A stretch of 63,749 nt of DNA, filler included, from Thraustochytrium aureum (GCA_012862495.1; 7 parts of 2 records of this genome joined end to end with filler, not necessarily neighbours in it); one strand, 5' to 3'; numbered from the whole stretch's first letter, positions 10,101 through 22,285 are shown. A program made the numbers and translations. The notes: generated by a model not told the origin, from the letters alone.

Positions 10101-12443
10101 TTTGGCATGCAGGAAGTATTGCTCCACCTGCGTGGCATCCATGGGCTTTTTAAGAGCGTCGAAAGGAAAGGTAAGCGAGTGGACGCTGCCCGCTTCGCCC
10201 GATGCTGCCTGCAGCTCCTTGGCCCGTGTCGCCGCGCTCAGTGCTGCAACACACATCCGACGGTTATGGTCCAGTATGGTCGCGATTTCGATGCCCTGCT
10301 TTGACGCCGGTTCGGAGGGTTGCGCAACCGCACCTTGATACAGGGCGTTGAGGTAGTTGAGAAGCCAAGCCGAGTGGCCTTCCAGGACGATCAGCGCGTC
10401 GCAGATTCGCTTGCAGGCAGCCGCGTCATTCCGCTCACACGCGAGGTGAAGAAGAGTTCTTCCGCTTCCGTCAGCATTCTTTTCTTTGAGCGCCGCCTTG
10501 TAAGGCTCGTTGCTGTCCTCCTCCATAAATCGAAAGATCGTTTCGAAAGCGTGATCTGGGCCCCGCGAAAGCGCGCAGGCGAGTGGAGACTCGAGCCCCC
10601 GCGTCCCAGAAAGCGCATCGGTGTACTGGTCTTCCGAGATCACGTTGCGTTTCACAGCTCCGCGAATCTCTGTCAGGTAGGTGGTCAGTACTTGCACGTG
10701 CGTCGAGTTGAGAATGTCAAATATCCGTGGGGCTCGTGGCGCAACGCCAAAGAGGATCTGCCAATACCCCGCGGGGCTGAGCGTCCCGTGCTGCAACGCC
10801 TCGTGGAGGTCGATGTAAAAGTCACGGTACGATTGCTCTGAAGCGTTGCGGTCCTCCAGCAGACAATTGAAGCGCTCCGAGAGTTCGCCCAAGGCCGATT
10901 CGACGCCAGTGCTTGCGCGCCGAGCGACGGGAAACTCAACCGAGTCGTCCAGAACGGGCGCGGTTGAGGTCACGGCTCCCGCATCAACGAGCTTCGGAAG
11001 TACGCGTGGAGGTTTCAGGAGCGGCCGGGAGGCGTCGGAAGCCGAGCCCTCCGAGTGCCGCATCCTCGTCTCCTCGAGCGCCTCTGCGCTTCCAGAACGC
11101 GGCGAGGCCGGTCGCCCCCCTGGACTAGCGCCATGCCAACCTGCAACGTTGCGAGGTCGCGTCCACATCGTGGTCGGCCTGAACTGAAACCTGACATGGC
11201 CCAGCGCTGTTTCGTCCTCATTTGCTGGTTTGTCGGCCTTGTTGGGCTCGACTTCAACCTCGAGCGGCCTGATCACGCGTTTCTCTTCAGGACCCCACCC
11301 GCCATAGGCAGACCGTGTGCCGAAGCGGCTCTGACTAATCCTGCGCTGGATTTTGACGAACGAAGCGGACGGCTCGTCGTAAACCAGCGCAGAGTACTCG
11401 ACCATCAGGTCGTCCTGCGTCTCGTCTGGCGCGCCTTTCGTCTCGTCGGGCGGCGCGGTAAGCGTTGGCGTCGCAGCGCTGAGTCCGCCATGCTCCACAA
11501 ATCTAACCTGCCGCTCCCGTTCTGCCAGCACAGCCGACGCGTCCTCGGAGCCGCTCAACATTCTAGAGCCGGCAGCGCCCAAGCCTGCAGAAGGAGGCTC
11601 CTCGCCCCAGACCAAGGTTGAGGTAATATCCTCGCTCGCGCCAGTCTGCGATGACGGACCAACGGACCAAACACTTCTTGTACTGGCCGAGTCCTCCTCC
11701 ACTTGCTGCGCGGCTTGTTGACGAGGTCGTTTCGCGGCCTCGCCGTGCAAGTGCACGGCCTTTCGTTTTCCTTTGGTGGCGGGGCCAGAGACGGCATTTT
11801 CGGGCTCCACATTCACCGTCGCCACAGGGGCCGGTTCCTCCTGCGCAGCCGTTTCGCAGACGATGTAGGCGGTGCGTCGCCGCAGGGCCTGCGTGTCCTC
11901 CTGAGCCAAGTTCGGACAGACTGTCTCGCTGAGCGTTTCCGNNNNNNNNNNNNNNNNNNNNNNNNNNNNNNNNNNNNNNNNNNNNNNNNNNNNNNNNNNN
12001 NNNNNNNNNNNNNNNNNNNNNNNNNNNNNNNNNGCCCTCGTTTGGAGGCACGAGGCGTAGTTGGTCAAGAATGAGGTGATCATACCGAGGAGGTCGAGCA
12101 AGTCGCTCCGGCGAGCCATGGAGCTCAGCCCCATTTCGTCGAGCGTCTCATCAAGCCATCGAGCAAGCAGTCGTCCAAGCAGCGAGCCGCCTTCCTCACG
12201 GTCGGCCGTTGGGTAGGACTCGAGCCGCCAAATGTCGAGGTCCTGGCACATAGCCAGCACCGAGACCACAAGCGCCTTCGCGGCGACGTCATCCGCCTGC
12301 ACAGCCTCCAGCTTGCGCATCACTTTGGCGACCGCGGCGGGCGTCCCACACATCAGCCTCCCGTCCGCCCCGAGGCATGCCAGAAGTTTTCGTTCGAACT
12401 TGCTCGCTGGTCCGTCAGCTGCCGCGGCGCCGACCCGCGTCAT
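7150..12443 (-). CDS. PNUTS/PPP1R10-like N-terminal domain + RVxF motif + four divergent ankyrin-like modules (paralogue B)
   Basis: ATG at 12443 (MTRVGAAAADG). ORF 8262..12545 continues into ORF 7150..8754 across the 8594-8664 gap, whose flanks overlap (LRLFGSAAGNG / LRFFGSAAGNG). Repeated motifs FP, FNxLH/W, LELM..P.IKGYSAL, and TLLH/ALH. Confidence 0.8.
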
Positions 12444-12943
12444 TCTGCAGCCTGCTCTCGCCAGCGGCGACGCGCTGCAGCTGCCCCTGTGCGTATGGCA
12501 TCCCTTGCCGCGGCGCTCCGCGGCGGCTTGCGGGGTTTGTCTCATGTCTGCCTGCGCTCAGCCAGCCATGCGTGTCGCTCGGAGCGCCTGCACCTTCTTT
12601 CTTTCTTTCTTTCTTTCGTTGTTTTTTTGTCCAGTCGGCAATGGGCCAAAGAATTGAGGCAGAGTTCGTCGTTCATGGGACTTGCGCCCGTCTTGTTCGT
12701 GGTGCAGGCCTGAGCCCGGAAGTCCTGAGCCCGGAAGTCGCCTGCGGCGCGCCGCTGGCGCGCAGCCGATCGCACGCCAAAGGCAGCAAGCCGGAGAATG
12801 CCGCACTTAGTTTGAAAAAAGAAAAAAAAGAGAAATGTTTGGCTTTTTCGTTACAATGGGCTCCGTTCTGAACAACGCCTCGCGGCCACCCCGGTGCGTG
12901 GCGAACCGCTCGCTTGCTGCTGCTGTTGCTTCTGCTGTTCTCT

Positions 12944-14443
12944 TCACTCGTATGGGCAGCTCACCTTGTTCATCTCGACGTAAACAGACTTGACCTGCGT
13001 CCAGTCATCGACGCCGTACGTGCCGTTGCTGGCGCCAATGCCAGAGCCCTTGTGCCCCGTCCAGGGCAGCTCGGCCGGCGCCAGGTTGTAGTTGTTGATC
13101 CAGGTCGTTCCCGCTTGGACGTCGCGCACGACTCGGTGGGCGCGCTGGATGTCGCGCGTAAACACGCCCGCAGAAAGACCGTACACCGTGTCGTTTGCGC
13201 GGCGGATGACTTCCTCCTCTGTCTCGAACGAGAGCACAGCGGCGACGGGGCCGAAGATCTCCTCCCTGACGACGCGCATGTCGTCGGTGCAGTCGTCAAA
13301 GACGGTCGGCAGGACAAACGCGCCAGCGGCGAGCGGGCCCTCCAAAGTCGCTGCGCCGCCGCCGCAGCGAAGCGTCGCCCCTTCCTTCTTGCCGATCTCG
13401 ATGTACTCGAGCACCTTGCCCATGTGGCCGTGGTTGACCATGGGTCCGATCTGCGTGGCCGGGTCCAGCGGGTCGCCGAGGCGGAGCTTGTTGGTGCGCT
13501 CCACGAGGCGGCGCACAAACTCGTCCTTGATGGAGGCCTGCACGAAGATGCGCGTCCCGTTGCTGCAGACCTGGCCGCTCGAGTACCAGTTGGCGATCAT
13601 GGCGCCCGAGACGGCCTCGTCGAGGTCGGCGTCCTCGAACACGATAAACGGCGATTTGCCACCGAGCTCCATCTGCACCTTTTTCAGCGAGTCGGCGGCG
13701 TCCTTGCAAATGGCCACGCCCGTGGACATCTGCCCCGTGAACGAGATCTTGGAGATCCCCGTGTGCCGTGTCAGGGCCCGCCCCGTCTCGCCCGCCCCGA
13801 GTATCACGTTATAGAGGCCATCCGGGAGCCCGGCCTCCTTGAGGACCTCGCCGAGGGCCAGCGCTGTGAGCGGCGTGTCTTCGGCCGGCTTGAACAGGAT
13901 GGCGTTGCCGCACGCGAGTGCGGGCGCCGCCTTCCAGCCGGCGCCTTGGATGGGGTAGTTCCAGGCCCCGATGCCGCAGGTCACGCCGAGCGGCTCGCGA
14001 ACAGTGTAAGCAAAGCTGCGGCCCGGCTGGTGGATCATCTCGCCGCCGATCGTGGGAGCGATGCCGCCATAGTACTCGAACGCGTCCCGCGCACTCACGA
14101 TGTCGACGCAGTTGGTTTCCTGGATCGGGCGCGACGTGTCGATGGTTTCCAGCTCTGCCAGTTCGTCGTTGCGCTCGGTGAGGATGTCTGCCGCCCTTCG
14201 TAGCACGCGGCCGCGCTCGGTGGGGCTCCTCGCGGCCCACTCCTTTTGCGCCTCGGCAGCAATCGCCACGGCCTCGTCCACCTCCTCCAGTCCAGCCACT
14301 TGAAACTGCGCCACCACCTCCTTCGTCGCAGCATGCACCAGCGGTATCGTCTTCCCCGACTTGCTGGCCTTGAACTGTCCGCCGACCCAGGACTGCAGCA
14401 CTTTGGGCCACGTCTTGGGCAGCTTTCCCGCGAGCCCAGCCAT
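12944..14443 (-). CDS. Betaine aldehyde / 4-trimethylaminobutyraldehyde dehydrogenase (ALDH9/BetB family)
   Basis: GIGAWNYPIQ..WKAAPALACGN, KISFTG, ELGGKSP (catalytic Glu), GQVCSNGTR (catalytic Cys), EEIFGPV. Likely start MAGLAGK at 14443. Confidence 0.95.
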   Translation of the reverse strand: MAGLAGKLPKTWPKVLQSWVGGQFKASKSGKTIPLVHAATKEVVAQFQVAGLEEVDEAVAIAAEAQKEWAARSPTERGRVLRRAADILTERNDELAELETIDTSRPIQETNCVDIVSARDAFEYYGGIAPTIGGEMIHQPGRSFAYTVREPLGVTCGIGAWNYPIQGAGWKAAPALACGNAILFKPAEDTPLTALALGEVLKEAGLPDGLYNVILGAGETGRALTRHTGISKISFTGQMSTGVAICKDAADSLKKVQMELGGKSPFIVFEDADLDEAVSGAMIANWYSSGQVCSNGTRIFVQASIKDEFVRRLVERTNKLRLGDPLDPATQIGPMVNHGHMGKVLEYIEIGKKEGATLRCGGGAATLEGPLAAGAFVLPTVFDDCTDDMRVVREEIFGPVAAVLSFETEEEVIRRANDTVYGLSAGVFTRDIQRAHRVVRDVQAGTTWINNYNLAPAELPWTGHKGSGIGASNGTYGVDDWTQVKSVYVEMNKVSCPYE

Positions 14444-16153
14444 GTCGAGCACCTTGCGCCTTCTCCTGCGACTCCCGCCTGCCTGCCGTGCCGTGCCGTG
14501 CCGAGCCGTGCCGAGCCGTTGCTTCACACTCGCACGTACGCGGCCTTCGATCGGGCTCTGCCGTGCGCGTCAATCGATGGATGGATGGATTCAACAACAA
14601 CAATCAAATCCACGCGAGCCCCATCCACATTTCCACTCTTTCCTTCCTTCCTTCGGCATGCAGCCTGCGCATGTTCACACCCAACCCGCCCATTCGACCC
14701 CTGCCCGCAACCCGCAGCCTGCCTGCCNNNNNNNNNNNNNNNNNNNNNNNNNNNNNNNNNNNNNNNNNNNNNNNNNNNNNNNNNNNNNNNNNNNNNNNNN
14801 NNNNNNNNNNNNNNNNNNNNNNNNNNNNNNNNNNNNNNNNNNNNNNNNNNNNNNNNNNNNNNNNNNNNNNNNNNNNNNNNNNNNNNNNNNNNNNNNNNNN
14901 NNNTTTGTTGGTGGGTTGTTTGGTCGGTGGCCTGCGCGCTGGCGACTTGCTCGAGGCGCGGGAATGAATGAAGAATGAATGGGCTTGCTTTGTTCGTTCA
15001 CTGGCGTGATGATGCCATGCCATGCCATGCCCCCTGCCTGCCTTTGCGCGTGGGCATTGACAGGACACGCCGGAGGCGGTCGAGGCGCCACGGCTGCTGC
15101 TCGCCTGCGCGCGCGCACAGCCCACAAGGTGTTGGATGGGTGGGTGGCATTTGATGGAATGAATGGAATGACATGTGATGGAATGACATGTGATGGAACG
15201 GAATGCAACGGAGCAAGAGTAGTGCCAGGAGTTGCCAGAATGGATGAATGGCTCGCAGATGCAACGGGTTGGATGCGCTTTGATGGAAGAGTGGTTTTGT
15301 GGACGTCCGTGCGAACCGATGCTTCGGTGCCGCGTCCGGGACGTCGGTGCGATCGATCACGTGCGAACCGATGCATCAGTGCCCGCGTCGTGGATATCGG
15401 TGCGATCGATCTATGCCTTTTGCGGCGCATTGCACTCTGTCTGTCAGCGCTGTCCAGATTGTTGAGCAAGCCAACGCGAAGCAGGCTGGCAGGGTTGGGT
15501 TTGTGTGAGGGGCGAAAGGAACAACACGCTTTTTACTTGGCGGCTGCTGGAGTGCGAGGGCGACGAGGGAAGTTGATGTTGTTGGGCAGCCACCTGCTTG
15601 ACACTCCTCGCCAGGCAACAAACGGATGAACGGCGGGTTGCTGTGGCGTTGCCAACCCGTCACCAACTGCCAAAGTGCCATTTCCGCGACAAGAGCGAAA
15701 ACGCTGCTCGCATCACAGATGCTGCTGAGCCGTGTCGCAAGGGGAGTAGGCGCTCGGCGGCCGCGCGACCATGCACTCGATAGGCGCGCCAGGCCGTGGC
15801 CGCGCGAACGAGTTGCCTGGCCAAATCCATCCGTTCAACGACTGGATTCTGGTTCGGCAATTACTGCACACGTTTCCTCCTAAATTTACAACGTTAATTC
15901 TAAGGCGTGCAGTTGATACAAGAACGATGAATGTATCCGTTCATGTCAGCGCAGGCGACATCTCCACCAGGCAGTGGACAGGCGCTAGATCTCCGGTGAC
16001 GTCCCTGCGTTGGCCTCTATCGTATCTGCTTGTCCGCTGCTCTTTTTCGGTTGAAACGATGTTCAAGGAGGCCGATAGAGCTGTTCAACTCAGGTTCAAA
16101 GAGGAGTTGGGCGGTTGCTGACATCGCACGGCCTGGTCGGCCGTGTTTGCCGC

Positions 16154-16204
16154 CAGCAGAGCTCCAGCAGAGCTCCAGCAGAGCTCCAGCAGAGCTCCAG
16201 CAGA
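16154..16204. repeat. 11-bp tandem repeat (CAGCAGAGCTC)n
   Basis: About 4.5 adjacent copies read directly, upstream of the prominin-like gene. Confidence 0.9.
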
Positions 16205-16349
16205 ACAAAGCAGTCGAGCGCTGGCAGTCGAGCAAAGGCAACGCCGGTCTACGAGCACACGACATCGGGAACGCCAAAGCCGCGCGGAAAACAAGCTTGC
16301 TTTGCAAGAGGGTTGAGCCGGGTGAGCCAAGGCAACAAGCGGCAGCACG

Positions 16350-19300
16350 ATGCTGACGCCACAGGAGGTCGCTGACATGGTGCTCAGCGGAGAGTGCACC
16401 GGCGGGTTGGCTCTGAGCTCGCTGCCGCGCTTGGACAAGTCGCTCGGCGGCGTCGAGCGCGACTGGTCCAAGCTGCCCGCAGTGATCGCCTCGTGCCCAG
16501 ACGCGGACACTGGGGCGAGCTCGATTTGCACAGCGACAGAGAGCATGCTTGGAATCGCAGACGGCGATGATTTCGACGCGATCGGCATTTTTGTAGGCGG
16601 AGACACAGCAACCTTCGGGTGGATCGGCGTTGCGCAAAGCTACGGCGTCTATGGCGGGCTGTGCGGCGCGCTCGGCGTTTTGTGCATCCTGTTCCTGATT
16701 CTGTTCATCATCGTCAAGTCAGTCTGCTGCTGCCGTCGCCGATGTGTGAAAAAACAGGAAGACGAGGGAAAGGGGGCAGGTGACGACAAGCCGAGCAAGC
16801 GCAAAGTAATCATGCAGGCGGCCGGAATGCTGTTTCNNNNNNNNNNNNNNNNNNNNNNNNNNNNNNNNNNNNNNNNNNNNNNNNNNNNNNNNNNNNNNNN
16901 NNNNNNNNNNNNNNNNNNNNNNNNNNNNNNNNNNNNNNNNNNNNNNNNNNNNNNNNNNNNNNNNNNNNNNNNNNNNNNNNNNNNNNNNNNNNNNNNNNNN
17001 NNNNNNNNNNNNNNNNNNNNNNNNNNNNNNNNNNNNNNNNNNNNNNNNNNNNNNNNNNNNNNNNNNNNNNNNNNNNNNNNNNNNNNNNNNNNNNNNNNNT
17101 TCTCCTCACTTTCATCCTCTGCGTAGTCTCGTTCATCATCGTCGGCAACACGCGCGGAAACAAGGGACTCAAGGAAACCGGGACCATTCTGGCCACCGGG
17201 GCCCCCGTGGGAACCGCTCTGCTGTTGGCTGGCCTGCCCACCGCGGCCGAGACGTCCGTCTCGTTCTTGGGCGGTACAACGGTCGTGCGCACGTTTGAGA
17301 TCGTGAACAAGACCTTGACCGATGTCATCGACTTTGGAGTGGTTTCGGCTGCCTTCACTTGCATCGACGATACACTGAGCTCGTTTGATCAATCCACCGT
17401 GGACGAGTTCATGGGCATGATCGACTCGATCGAGCTTTCCGTCGATGCCTTTCCCAACTTCACCGAGGCCACAGAAAACATTCAAACCCTGGACACGCAG
17501 CTCTCCGCCCTCGGCCCCATTTTGAACAACGTGCACGATTTCGTGATCAATCTGCGCGATTCTTTGCGAGCCATCGACCTGGACAGTGTCCGCACCTCGC
17601 TGGCGACGCTCAACGCTACCCTGGAGGGCAGCCTCGTTCCTGCGATGCAAGACCTGCGCAGCGACCTCGTAGCGATGAGCGACAACATCCCCGACGTGAC
17701 CGACATCAACAACGTGATCTCGGACTTGGAGGCCTTTCGCGACGCGCCGACCACAGGAGGAGCTGACGCTGTCTTGGCTTCTCTGGACTCCCTCAAGGCC
17801 AAGCTCGCAGCGATCCCGGCAGGGGTGGACGTCAAAATCGTTGAGGTACAATCGCTGTTCGACCAGGCCGGAACAGACCTCGGCACGGTGCGTGACACGC
17901 TCCACACCAACAAGATGGCCATCGACTCCCTGCCCAGCTCTGGGGCCGTCAACGCCACGATGCAGCCTCTCAAGGATGTTCTCGACTCGATCGAGCTTGA
18001 CGCGATTCGCGCGACCCTGCGAGCAATCGAGAATGCCACGTCACTCTTGCCGACAGGCGTTGCCAGCAAGGTCGCCGACATCGCTAAGGTCGCCGACAAC
18101 TTGCCCTGCATCCTGGCCCTGGGCGACGAGCTCGTCAGCGTGGGCGACAACCTCTTTGCTCTCCCTGAGGGGCTCGACGGGATCCCGGAGATGCTGACTG
18201 AAATGAACGACACGATCCAGGGTTCTCTGGGCCAGGTCGACGCTATGGAGGCCAAGCTCCTCGAAGTGGATAACACCGTCGCCAGCTTGCCCAACACGAC
18301 CGCCTACCTCATCGTCCTGGACGACTACGAGGCAAGCGTGAGCGGCTCCACCGAGGCGCTCAACGCGGGCGGCGAGGTCGTTGCGATCGACGAGAGCCGC
18401 GCCGCGGTCAACTTGACTGCCATGATCGCCTCGATCGACGACCTACGCGACAGCCTCGGCGCGGGCAACCCAGTGCGCATCTCACAGACGCAGCTCGACG
18501 AGCTCGCCGCGCTCAACGCGACGCGCCACGCTGCCATTGGCCAGATAGACGCCGCGATTAGCGTGGTCGAGACCTGGAAAGCCCAGCAGGCCCCAGACGC
18601 TGGCACGTGCACGTCCGGTGCGTCGATTGGCGAGCCGTGCGGCCCTGGCGCCGCTCCCAGCTGCGCAGACAATGAGTGCAGCTACACCGAGCTCAAAGCA
18701 GCCATCGACGCGACGATTGCGGAGCTCGACACGCTGAAAGATTCGCTACAGGCCCAGCCAGACTTTGGCGCGCTCGTGACAGGCCTGGACGACGGACTTG
18801 ACTCAATCGCCGCGGTTCCAAGCATGGACGTTGCGCTCATCGACGCCCTGCAAACCACAATCAACAGCTTCCTCCCCCAGACAGACTCGTACGTCGCCAC
18901 CGTCGGGGCGCTGAGCACGCAGGTCGAAGATGCGACTTCGACAATGGACCTTGGCAACGCCCGGACGCAGATCGAGAGTGCCGGCGACACGATCAACGCG
19001 ATCAGTGGGGACCTCGGAGAATACCGCGACACCCTGACGTCGCTGAGCGAGTCGATGAGCGGCGATTCGCTGGGCGAGATGAGCTCGATGCTGGCCTCTG
19101 CAGTGGAGGAGATCCGCACGCTCCTTTTCGGCAACCTGGAGCTGCTCCTGGACGAGATTCGCGGTGAAAAGGTGGCCCGAGTGGTCGCTGAAGAGGGCTT
19201 TAGCGCGGGCCTCCTGCTTGTTGCCGACACAATTGACGCCATCATCGCGCCTTTTGCCAACATCTCCTTCGGGGGGAACGCGACCGAATCAGAGGCCGAG

Positions 19301-20660
19301 CCTGAAACCAATGTCGAGAGCGACAAGCCGTTTTCGCTCTTGGGTGATATGCTGAGGAACAGCAGCGACATCATCGGGTTTATCGATGCGGCCTCGGTGG
19401 GCTTGATTGGGATGGAGGCCGCGATGAAGAACGGGCACCTGTTCTACCTGATTCGCTCGCTGGCGCCGTTGATGGGCATCAGCGAGAACGACTTTGGCAC
19501 CGACCTGGCAGTATTCGAGGCGCTGCGCGGCGACACGATGCTGCTCTCGGTGCAAGGCGCGTACAACATCGAGACTGGCGAGACGATCAAGTACGCGGGG
19601 GAGACGTCGTGCGTGACGGACGAGTGCCTCAGCAACACTATCGCCATCTTCAACGAGTACCCCGTCAACGGTCTACCCATGTCGCGCGAGTCGATCTTCT
19701 CTCTCCTCTACATTCTCCCCGGAATCTTGGTCCTGTTTNNNNNNNNNNNNNNNNNNNNNNNNNNNNNNNNNNNNNNNNNNNNNNNNNNNNNNNNNNNNNN
19801 NNNNNNNNNNNNNNNNNNNNNNNNNNNNNNNNNNNNNNNNNNNNNNNNNNNNNNNNNNNNNNNNNNNNNNNNNNNNNATTCTCCCCGGAATCTTGGTCCT
19901 GTTTGCTGCGCTCGCGCTCGGGTGCCAGGTGCGCGGCAGGGTTTGTTCGACGCCCTTTGTGCTCTGCGGGTGCGCGCTCGCCCCATTTCTGCTGCTGATT
20001 CTCGGCGCCGGACTCTTGCCGCTGGTTATGGGCCTCAACGACGTCTGCGAGAACTTGGAGCCGCTCATCCAGACCAATCTGGCAAGTGCAGAGGTTGCCC
20101 TGTGCGACACGCTCGGCATGCAGCCTGTCAAGCCAGACCGAGGCACGTTTTGCCTCCTTGAAGTGGGCGAGGGCGTTTCCATAGAGCTGGACGTGGACCA
20201 GATCGTGGCCTCGTTGCTCGTCAAATGCTCTGGTTTGAGTTTTGCCAACATGCCGGAGGGCGCACAGACGCCGGCCGAGCCCGTGGCCCAGCTCTGGGCC
20301 GAGGCGCGTAACCTGGCCGAGGATATGATCGCCGCACAGTTGGCGACGATGCTCAACTCGAGCGGCATAGAGACGCAGGCAGAAGGGGACAAAATGGTGG
20401 ACGAGGTCGTGGCGGAGGGTAGCAAGGCCATCTTGCTTATGCTCGACAACCTCGCGGTTGCGCTCAGCTGCGAGAGACTTGCGGCGGTGTTTGAGACGGT
20501 CAAGGACCCGCTGTGCTGCAACGTCGTCGACTCGCTGTACTGGCTGGTGGCGCCCTGGGTTTTGGTGGGTCTCTTTGTCGTTTCTTGCACTGGGCCGGTG
20601 CTGTGCTGCGCCTCGTCCAAGCGGCGCTCCCTCTCCAAGGTGTTTACCAAGCCCGCCTAA
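16350..20660 (+). CDS. Prominin-like (prominin/tweety superfamily) pentaspan membrane protein with very long first extracellular loop
   Basis: TM1 followed by CCCRRRC; TM2 ending FILCVVSFIIVGN; long amphipathic N-glycosylated loop; TM3/TM4 then GLNDVC; final SCERLAAVFETVKDPLCCNVVDSLYWL before TM5, resembling the prominin C-terminal motif. Spans two N-gaps; the 19739-19877 gap has overlapping flanks. Confidence 0.7.
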
Positions 20661-20802
20661 GTGGCTCCAGCGCCCGGCACGCGTGGCGCAGAGCGTCTTG
20701 GCGGTATTCTGGGCCATTGCGAGACCGCTTCGACCGCGGCCCTCGCGCGAAGATAAACCTCTGTAGAAAAAAATAAACGATTGATCTAACCTCTCTAGCT
20801 AG

Positions 20803-21689
20803 CTAGAGCTTGGCAGCCGAGTCCGAGGCAGGCAGTTTGCAGGCAAGACCGACGTGCAGGCGGCCGAGCAAGGCCATCCCTGTGCCGAGCTCCCATGCAG
20901 AGACTTGCCACGGCGCCGACTCGATGGAGCGCAACGTCGTCCTGTTGCAATTGCATCCGTCGCTGATGACAACCCAGAACGGATTGATTGCGTCTTGCAG
21001 GACCCGCGTGAAAGTGCCCTCCTCTGCGGCGACGTGCTCGATGAAGAACAGCTCGCCGCCGGGTTTGAGAAGCGCGTGCAAGTCGCGCACAACCGCGACC
21101 TGGTCTGGAACCTCGCAGAAAACGTTTCCCACAATGATCGAGTCGAACGAGTTGGGCCCCTCGCGCTGCAGCAAGTCGTGAGCAAACCCGCCAAAGACCT
21201 CAATCTTGTCGGCGAGGCCGTTCTCGTTCGCGCGGCGCCGGATGCCGGCGTGCAGGTGCGGGTTGGGCTCTAGCGAGACAACCGAGTCGACTTGTTGCTC
21301 GGCCTTGGCCACGTATGCAAGGTACTGCCCATCGCCGCACCCAAAGTCGAGCACGCGGCCGCGCAGCGAGCGGAGCAGGAGCTCGCGCTTGACATTTTTG
21401 GGGCTTTATCCATGCCCGCCATGACCGTCGGGAGCACCTTGGAGACCAGGAGCTGGCTCACGCTCTTGATCGTCATCGCGGCAGTCAGCGCCGCCACCAG
21501 CGCGCCGGCGCCGGCAGCGGCCAGTCTCGCGCGCCGCGACACGGCCAGCAAGTACACTGTGCCAGCGGCCGCGCCGAGCTGAAACGCCTTTCCGAGCGGA
21601 CCAGTCTCGTTGGGCCTCCGGACCATCGCATTGCTCACACGCACGGTCCTGCCTTGGATCACGGCCTCCTCCCCGTCCTTGAGCAGCAT
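20803..21689 (-). CDS. Class I SAM-dependent methyltransferase, METTL7/TMT1-like, with N-terminal hydrophobic segments (frameshift near 21400)
   Basis: VLDFGCGDG, LEPNP, LLKPGGELFFIEHVAA, DGCNCNR. Restoring one base at GCCC^CAAAAAT joins the upstream ORF and gives KNVKRELLLRSLRGRVLDFG. Confidence 0.85.
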
Positions 21690-22043
21690 GTTCCCTTGCC
21701 GAGCTGCAGTCGAAGCCCGCGGCAGCCAGCACCGTCAACCCCGGCGGCGCCTTCGAGTCGAGGTTGGTTGGACCTCGTCGCGTGGTCTGTGAGTACAGCA
21801 ACAAACCGCCGGCCGCGCCGCGAACCGCAAGCAATCCACAACTGTGCTCCAGGACGCAGGGCGCGCTGCGCTGCGACAGTCTCGAGTTGCTGGTGATGCT
21901 CTGTTGCTCGATGCGATGCGATGCGCTTGCTCGTGATCGTGAAAAAATCGACGAGGTGTCGCCATTTGGCTTGGCCAATTCTCCGGTCAACTTTTCCCAT
22001 TCATTCCGCCTTTTTTTTTTCTTCCATTTCCTGCTGGGATCGG

Positions 22044-22074
22044 GATCGATCGATCGATCGATCGATCGATCGAT
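22044..22074. repeat. (GATC)n microsatellite
   Basis: Direct read; a second run lies at 26505-26532. Confidence 0.95.
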
Positions 22075-22285
22075 GGTCGGTCGGGCATGTTGGCTTGCCG
22101 CAGCTTGCGGCTCTGGGCGAGAGGAGCAGGGGAACCTCGACGCTGTATGTGGTCGAGCAATGCACGTGCATTCGTTTGGCCAAGCGAAGCCAACCACGGT
22201 GCAGGCGCAGTGGACTGGAAGTCAAGCCGTTCGCTTTCTGTCTCCTCTAATTTCGTAAGATCACTTGTCTCCGCGCGCGCGCGGT

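Noticed and set aside
12914..14203. 429-aa plus-strand ORF and similar long antisense ORFs (e.g. 2735-3814, 16649-17905, 38634-40775)
   Set aside because: Shadows of strongly GC3-biased real genes on the opposite strand; no motifs of their own.
15140..15260. (GGAAT)n-like stretch as centromeric satellite
   Set aside because: Short, degenerate, and typical of intergenic simple repeats seen elsewhere in the window.
19712..19904. Repeat ATTCTCCCCGGAATCTTGGTCCTGTTT on both sides of a gap
   Set aside because: Same overlap artefact; collapsing it gives a continuous TM helix.
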